This document shows, in pieces, positions 58,718 to 64,000 of a stretch of 64,000 nucleotides of DNA (position 1 is the first letter of the stretch; the number at the start of each line of letters is the position of its first letter). The notes below the pieces were generated by a model that did not search any database, was not told the DNA's origin, and was given only the letters and a program-made list of their open reading frames with translations. The stretch is taken from NCBI GenBank assembly GCA_031459385.1, contig JAVKIP010000013.1, forward strand, positions 1 through 64,000. Direction: 5' to 3'. Source of the DNA: Candidatus Fervidifonticultor secundus. Lineage in GTDB: Bacteria > Sysuimicrobiota > Sysuimicrobiia > Sysuimicrobiales > Humicultoraceae. The position numbers and the translations under genes are program-made.

Positions 58718-59323
58718 ATGACGAAGGTGCGTACGGGCGTCCTCATCGCCGCGCTCGTCCTGGCCCTGGCAGGCCTGCACGCCCAGGCAGGCACGCAGCG
58801 CCGGATGGCAGTACAGCCGGCTGCCCAGACGGTGCATCCGGACGTCGTGAACAAGATCGCTGCCGCGCGGATGGCGACCGCGAAGTACGTCAACGACCTC
58901 GAGCGCGCGAAAGCCGACGGCTACACGATCATCACGCCGATGATCCCCAACATGGGGTACCACTTCCTGAACCCGAAGATCGAGGGGTTCGACGTCACGA
59001 GGCCGCCGATTCTGGTCTACGTACGCAAGGGCGGCGCCTGGCAGCTCGTGGCCATCGAGTGGGTGTTCCCGCGTCGCCCCGCGACCCCGCCGCTGCAGGG
59101 GGCGCAGTACGGCTCGTTCGGCGCGGCGTGCCACTACGCCGACGGCTCGTTCATCGAAGCCGCTGCGGAGGCCAGGTGCGGGAGGACCAACCCGCAGACC
59201 GGGGCCGCGTTCAGCTTCTGGCACGGCCCGCTGGTGACCCTGCACCTGTGGATCTGGTACCCGAACCCCAACGGCATCTTCGGGGAGTTCAACCCGCTGC
59301 TGACGCCGTTCAACAACGAGTAG
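58718..59323 (+). CDS. Secreted hypothetical protein with His motifs
   Basis: Signal peptide ending AQA, MGYHFLNP, PPILVY, LVAIEW, TLHLWIWYPNPNGIF..FNP. Confidence 0.85.
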   Translation: MTKVRTGVLIAALVLALAGLHAQAGTQRRMAVQPAAQTVHPDVVNKIAAARMATAKYVNDLERAKADGYTIITPMIPNMGYHFLNPKIEGFDVTRPPILVYVRKGGAWQLVAIEWVFPRRPATPPLQGAQYGSFGAACHYADGSFIEAAAEARCGRTNPQTGAAFSFWHGPLVTLHLWIWYPNPNGIFGEFNPLLTPFNNE

Positions 59324-59621
59324 ATGCGCTGGATGTTGCTCGTGCTGGCCTCGGCGTTGGCCGCCTGGTCGCCTCGGCCGGCCGATGCCGAGGCGGCTCG
59401 CGCCACCGCAGCTCGAGGCGGACTACCTCCGGGTGGTGGCGGTCCAGCTCGTCACCGAGGCGGTCTACGTGGACGCGCCCGGACTCGGCGTTGTCCGCCT
59501 GAACCTCGGAGGTTCGGCGAGGCTCGACTTCCTGCCCAGGCGCCGGGGGCGCTTTCCTTTCGCCTGCACCATCGAGGGTCACCGCGAGGCTGGCATGACG
59601 GGCCTCCTGGAGGTGCGCTAA
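59324..59621 (+). pseudogene. Cupredoxin-domain protein, frameshifted or internally deleted
   Basis: Signal peptide MRWMLLVLASAL in one frame; GRFPFACTIEGHREAGMTGLLEV* in another. Confidence 0.7.
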
Positions 59622-59656
59622 ATTCGCCTGCCGAGCGCAGGACCATCGACGAGGCG

Positions 59657-60670
59657 CTACCCGCTGACGCAGGAGGCGGCCAGCTCCCGGGCCGGATCTG
59701 CTTCCTCGTACACGATCCGATAGATCGCCCGGAGGAGGGGCAGGCGGTCCGCGACGGCGTGATCCTGCGCGAACCGCCAGCACCAGTGGATGGCGGCGTA
59801 CCCTTCGGTCAACTCGCCCCGCGCCTTGAGCCGCTCAACCACCAGCGCCGTGGGCAGCCCGCTGCCCCGCATCTCGCCAAACGTTCGGTTGCGGCCGGCG
59901 ACAGCGGTGACGAAGAGGTCTCCGACCCCGCCCAGGCCGTAGAAGGTTTGCGGCTGGATATCCACGTGCCGGCCCAGGGTCTCCATTTCCTCAATGGCGC
60001 GGGAGAACAGGGCGGCCTTGAGGTTGTAGAGGGCTTCCGCCCGTCCCGCGGCCACCAGACCGTCGCAGAGGCCCACGGCGATGGCGTAGACGTTCTTCAG
60101 GGCGGAGCACAGTTCTAGCCCCTGCTGATCGGTGCTCTCATGGACGCAGTAGTACGGTGTCTCCATCCACCGGCGAGCCTGCTGTCGTATCTGTGCGTCC
60201 GGAGAAGCGTACGTGACCTCGGTAGGCACCCGTCTGGCGAGCTCCACGGCCTTGCTGGGGCCACCGATGGTGACAGTGCGCGCCGTCCACCTGGCATAGA
60301 TGGCCGTCGAGAGCGTCAAGACCTGCCCGTCGAGCGGCACCAATCCCTTGGAGGCCACCGGCAAAGGGGTCCCGGGCCGCATCAGCCCATGGGCGCGTTC
60401 CAGCACCGGCAGCGCCCCCTCGGACGTCACGGCCAGGATGACCAGGTCGGCGCCCTCCAGCGCCGCTGCCAGCTCTGCCGATGCGAACGGGGTGACCGAT
60501 GCGGGCAAGGGGAGCTTGAGCTTGGGATGGGCCTCGCCCGCACGCAGGGCTTCAATGATGTGGTCATCCAGGTGGGTCCCCCACAGGGCAACGGTGTGCC
60601 CGTTGTCGCTGGCGGGCACACTCAGCGCAGAGCCCATGAACCCCGCACCCAGAATCGCAATCCGGCCCAC
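59657..60670 (-). CDS. NAD(P)H-dependent glycerol-3-phosphate dehydrogenase family (GpsA-like)
   Basis: GAGFMG, ASKG, GGPS, ALKNVYAI, GVGDL, GRNR. Confidence 0.88.
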   Translation of the reverse strand: MGRIAILGAGFMGSALSVPASDNGHTVALWGTHLDDHIIEALRAGEAHPKLKLPLPASVTPFASAELAAALEGADLVILAVTSEGALPVLERAHGLMRPGTPLPVASKGLVPLDGQVLTLSTAIYARWTARTVTIGGPSKAVELARRVPTEVTYASPDAQIRQQARRWMETPYYCVHESTDQQGLELCSALKNVYAIAVGLCDGLVAAGRAEALYNLKAALFSRAIEEMETLGRHVDIQPQTFYGLGGVGDLFVTAVAGRNRTFGEMRGSGLPTALVVERLKARGELTEGYAAIHWCWRFAQDHAVADRLPLLRAIYRIVYEEADPARELAASCVSG

Positions 60671-60715
60671 TGTCCCAGTGCCTCCTCTACCGACACCGAC
60701 GTGGCGGCAGTCTGT

Positions 60716-61480
60716 CTAGATCTCGTACGTCTCGGTCTCGACCACCGCCTCCACCGGCCCGTCGAATTCTGCGGCCGCCGCGTCCACTTCCTCGACGGGA
60801 TCGGTACATGGGAAAAAATGCGTCAACAGCAACCGGCGCGCGCCCGCCCGGGCTGCCAGACGCCCGGCTGTCAGGCCCGAAAGGTGCACAAACGCCGCGC
60901 CGATCTCCTGCAGGCGCTCTGAGAACGTCGCCTCCGCCAGCAGCAGGTCGGCCCCCCGCGCGAGGCGCTCGATGCCCTCACACACGCCGGTATCGCCGGT
61001 GTAGACTAGCGACTTCCCGTCCCGCTCCAGACGCAAGGCATACGCCTCGACGGCATGGTGTACTCGCTCCCACCGAATGGTGAACCCGAGCAGCTGCATG
61101 TTGCCGCTGCCAGTCATGACGTGGAAGTCGAAATCGCCCACGATGCGGATCCCTTCACCCTCTGGGCCAAATGCTATGAGGTGCTCGCGGGCACCGCCAG
61201 GAGCGAGGACCGGTGGTCGCGCGATCCAGCGTCGCGGAGGGAAGGGAGCGTACTCCAACGCCAGTTGGAAGGCCGGGAAGTCGGCTACGTGATCCGGGTG
61301 CAGATGCGACAGCATCACGGCGCCGATGGATCGCGGGTCCCAGCGTGCCAGGAGTCGAGAGACCACCCCGTAGCCTACGTCGAGAAGCAGCCGGGCATCT
61401 CCCCCCTCCACCAGGTACCCGGCGCACGCCTCCCCCGGCCTGGGATATCCTCCGGAGCGCCCCAACACGGTCAGACGCAT
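60716..61480 (-). CDS. MBL-fold metallohydrolase (RNase Z/phosphodiesterase-like)
   Basis: SHLHPDH, YTGDT, AEATF, LLTH. Confidence 0.9.
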   Translation of the reverse strand: MRLTVLGRSGGYPRPGEACAGYLVEGGDARLLLDVGYGVVSRLLARWDPRSIGAVMLSHLHPDHVADFPAFQLALEYAPFPPRRWIARPPVLAPGGAREHLIAFGPEGEGIRIVGDFDFHVMTGSGNMQLLGFTIRWERVHHAVEAYALRLERDGKSLVYTGDTGVCEGIERLARGADLLLAEATFSERLQEIGAAFVHLSGLTAGRLAARAGARRLLLTHFFPCTDPVEEVDAAAAEFDGPVEAVVETETYEI

Positions 61481-61490
61481 GGCTCGCCCC

Positions 61491-62297
61491 TTAGCCTTTC
61501 AAGCCGCCGGCTGTCAGGCCGGAAACGAAGTATTTCTGACCCGCCAGCACCGCCACCACGATGGGCAGCACGATCAGGGCTGCCGACGCAAAGACCCCAC
61601 CGAGTTTGAGCTCCTCGAAAGTCATGAAACTGTACACCACGACCGGCAGCGTCTTCGTCCGATCCTCGGCGAGAATCAACGGGAACAGAAAGTGATTCCA
61701 GGTGAACACCAGTCCCAGCATGGACGCTGAGAGCACCCCGGGGCGCACCAGGGGTAATGCCACACGCAGAAACACCCCCAAGGGCGAGCACCCGTCGATC
61801 CGCGCTGCCTCCTCGACCTCCACAGGGACCTCCTCGAAGAACGCCAACATCACCCACGTGATCAGTGGCACGGTGATCACCAGGTGCGCGGCCACCAGGC
61901 CCGTGTACGTATCCAGCAGCCCCAGCACCCGGTACGCCACGAACCAGGGCACGAGGAACGAGATGCCGGGGAACATGCGCCAGACCAGCACCCACACCGC
62001 GAGCCCACCACGGCCGCTGCGGGCGATCCCGTACGCCGCCGGCAGGCCCAGCACCAGGCCCAGCAGCACCGCTCCTGCCGTGACCACCACGCTGTTGGCC
62101 GTGTAGCGGAGAAACGGGGTCTCCTTGAAAACGGTCCGGAAGTTCTCCAGCGTCAGCCGGGCGGTCAGGGTCGGGGGGTACGTGTAAATGTCCGCCGTGG
62201 CCCTGAAGCTGTTGAAGATCATCCACACGTAGGGGAACACGAAGATGGCTAGCAGAAGCGCCAGCATCACGTAGAAGATGAGACTAGGCCGCTTCAC
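61491..62297 (-). CDS. Carbohydrate ABC permease (MalG-like)
   Basis: EEAARIDG, WNHFL, GLTAGGLKG. Confidence 0.93.
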   Translation of the reverse strand: MKRPSLIFYVMLALLLAIFVFPYVWMIFNSFRATADIYTYPPTLTARLTLENFRTVFKETPFLRYTANSVVVTAGAVLLGLVLGLPAAYGIARSGRGGLAVWVLVWRMFPGISFLVPWFVAYRVLGLLDTYTGLVAAHLVITVPLITWVMLAFFEEVPVEVEEAARIDGCSPLGVFLRVALPLVRPGVLSASMLGLVFTWNHFLFPLILAEDRTKTLPVVVYSFMTFEELKLGGVFASAALIVLPIVVAVLAGQKYFVSGLTAGGLKG

Positions 62298-63177
62298 CCC
62301 GGGCCCCCTTGCGCCACCGGATCAGCAGCATGTTGCTGCCCAGGATCACCGCCACCAGGACCATGATCAGGGCGCTGGCATATCCGAAGTTGAAGTACCG
62401 GAACGCCTGGTCGAAGATGTAGAGGACCAGGGTCTGCGACGCCGTCCCCGGCCCTCCCTGGGTGGTGATGAAGATCTGGTCGAATGTCTTGAGCGCATCG
62501 ATCAGCCGCAGGATGGCCGCCGCAACGACCGAGGGTCGCACCATGGGCAGCGTCACCGTCCAGAAGACCTGCCAGGGACTGGCACCGTCCACGATGGCGG
62601 CTTCCAGCGGATCGGTGGGCAGCGCCATCATGGCCGTCAACACGATGAGGGCCACAAAGGGCGTCCACTGCCAGACGTCCATGAGGATCAAAGACGGCAG
62701 GACCGACTGCGGCCCAAAGAGCCAGCGCTGGGGCGGCAATCCGACACTCACGAGAAACCAGTTGAGAATGCCGTACGAAGGGTTGTACATGTTTCGCCAG
62801 ACCAGCGCCAGGGCGGCGGGCGTGCCGGCCACCGGGAGCAGCAAGAGCGTCTGCACCAACCCCTTGGCTGCGAACGGTCGGTTGAGGAACTGGGCGAGCG
62901 CCACCCCTAAGATGACCTCGGCGGTCACCGCCACGCCGGAAAAGTACCCGGTAACCAAGAGAGCGTGCCAGAATCGCGCGTCACCCAAGGTGATCTGCAC
63001 GTAGTTGGCCGCGCCGGCCCACTCGGGTTCGTGGAGCGAGGACGCTGACCAGCGCGTCAGACTCATCACGGCGGTGTAGACCACCGGGAAGACCACCGTG
63101 ACCGCCAGAATCGCAAGCGCGGGTAGGACGAAACTCCATCCTACCCGCCGGTCCTGCCCTGGCATCGCTCCCGTCAC
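62284..63177 (-). CDS. Carbohydrate ABC permease (MalF-like)
   Basis: DVWQWTPF, EAAIVDGA, TQGGPG, GYASA. Confidence 0.93.
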   Translation of the reverse strand: MTGAMPGQDRRVGWSFVLPALAILAVTVVFPVVYTAVMSLTRWSASSLHEPEWAGAANYVQITLGDARFWHALLVTGYFSGVAVTAEVILGVALAQFLNRPFAAKGLVQTLLLLPVAGTPAALALVWRNMYNPSYGILNWFLVSVGLPPQRWLFGPQSVLPSLILMDVWQWTPFVALIVLTAMMALPTDPLEAAIVDGASPWQVFWTVTLPMVRPSVVAAAILRLIDALKTFDQIFITTQGGPGTASQTLVLYIFDQAFRYFNFGYASALIMVLVAVILGSNMLLIRWRKGARGEAA

Positions 63178-64000
63178 CTGCGCTTGGGTTCAGTCCTCTC
63201 CAGCACGTCGTTGATCCGACGGGACGCCGCCTCCAGCTCTGCGCGGGCGTCCCGTCCGGCCAGCGCGCCGCTGATGGCTGTGCCTACCAGGTCCACCACC
63301 TCGGCGGTCGCCACGACGGGCGGGTGCCCGATGGGTCTGGCGGTCCGCAGCTGCATCAACATCGTATCCAGCCACGTGGGCTCCATGGTGGTGCGCCATG
63401 CCGGCTCGGCCCACAGCGAGCTGCGGGGCATAAGGAACCCTCGGGCGTGGAGGATGCGCTGCATCTCCTTGCTGGTCGCCCACTGGATGAAGAGCCACCC
63501 GGCCCGCTTTTTCTCCGAGAAAGGCGACAGCGCCAGGCTCCAGGCCCACAGCTCGTACGTCGCGCCCGCAGGGCCCGCAGGAGCCGGTGCCACCGCCCAC
63601 CGGCCGAACACGCGCGAACGGTTCGGGTCTCCGAAGATCCCGGCCCAGGAGCCGGCGTCCAGGATCATAGCGGCGCGCCCCTGGGCGAACAGCGTCTGGA
63701 CCTCGATGGGCCCCGCATCCAGCACGCCCGGATCGCCGAAGTTCCGCAGGATGCGCGCGTACTGCGTCACCGCCGCCACGGCCGCGGGTGATGCCACACC
63801 AGCCCTGCCGTCGGCCGCGATCCAGGTACCGCCGTGCGCGTACAGGAAATGGGCCCAACTATAAGGCGCCTGGGTCTTCCGGCCGCGCGACACGAAGCCG
63901 TAGACGTCGGGCGGCCGGTGGAGTCGCCTGGCGGCCTCTTCCAGTTCGTCCAGCGTTCGGGGTGGGCGCAGCCCGGCTGCGTCAAACAGATCCTTGCGGT
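63174..64000 (-). CDS. Sugar ABC substrate-binding protein, family 1 (5' part outside window)
   Basis: RKDLFDAAGL..PRTLDEL near the window edge, FAQGRAAM, AGWLFIQWATS; upstream of two sugar permeases. Confidence 0.88.
   Translation of the reverse strand, partial: RKDLFDAAGLRPPRTLDELEEAARRLHRPPDVYGFVSRGRKTQAPYSWAHFLYAHGGTWIAADGRAGVASPAAVAAVTQYARILRNFGDPGVLDAGPIEVQTLFAQGRAAMILDAGSWAGIFGDPNRSRVFGRWAVAPAPAGPAGATYELWAWSLALSPFSEKKRAGWLFIQWATSKEMQRILHARGFLMPRSSLWAEPAWRTTMEPTWLDTMLMQLRTARPIGHPPVVATAEVVDLVGTAISGALAGRDARAELEAASRRINDVLERTEPKRR

Overview
Very GC-rich bacterial chromosome segment with about 60 genes; taxon not determinable from the sequence. Left to right: an Mre11/SbcD-like plus Rad50/SMC-like (YhaO/YhaN-type) pair in which nearly all catalytic motifs have degenerated while both ORFs stay intact; a damaged OmpR/histidine-kinase two-component operon; housekeeping and metabolic genes (AmmeMemoRadiSam enzyme, GH1, ndk, ggt, short MutY-like, nth, proline dehydrogenase, Xaa-Pro peptidase); a TetR-led menaquinone operon (menF-D-B-A-E-G, no menC or menH) with a perfect 22-bp palindrome upstream; a stand-alone PD-(D/E)xK protein; a DUF1800/DUF1501 pair; two peptide-type ABC clusters lacking ATPase genes; a two-domain multicopper oxidase/SCO copper cluster; a TPP-riboswitch CytX-like transporter; a TAXI-TRAP system; and tRNA-Ser(GCT) and tRNA-Arg(GCG). 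After the tRNAs come a decayed tyrosine integrase and a probable island carrying a STAND-LuxR regulator, DUF4242, a secreted His-motif protein, a broken cupredoxin and a sugar-ABC/MBL/GpsA-like operon. Best candidates for an undescribed system: the membrane-anchored, catalytically degenerate Mre11/Rad50-like pair, and the STAND-LuxR/DUF4242/secreted-protein module. Frame-disrupting lesions cluster in copper-related genes. All family calls come from manual motif recognition, not database searches.
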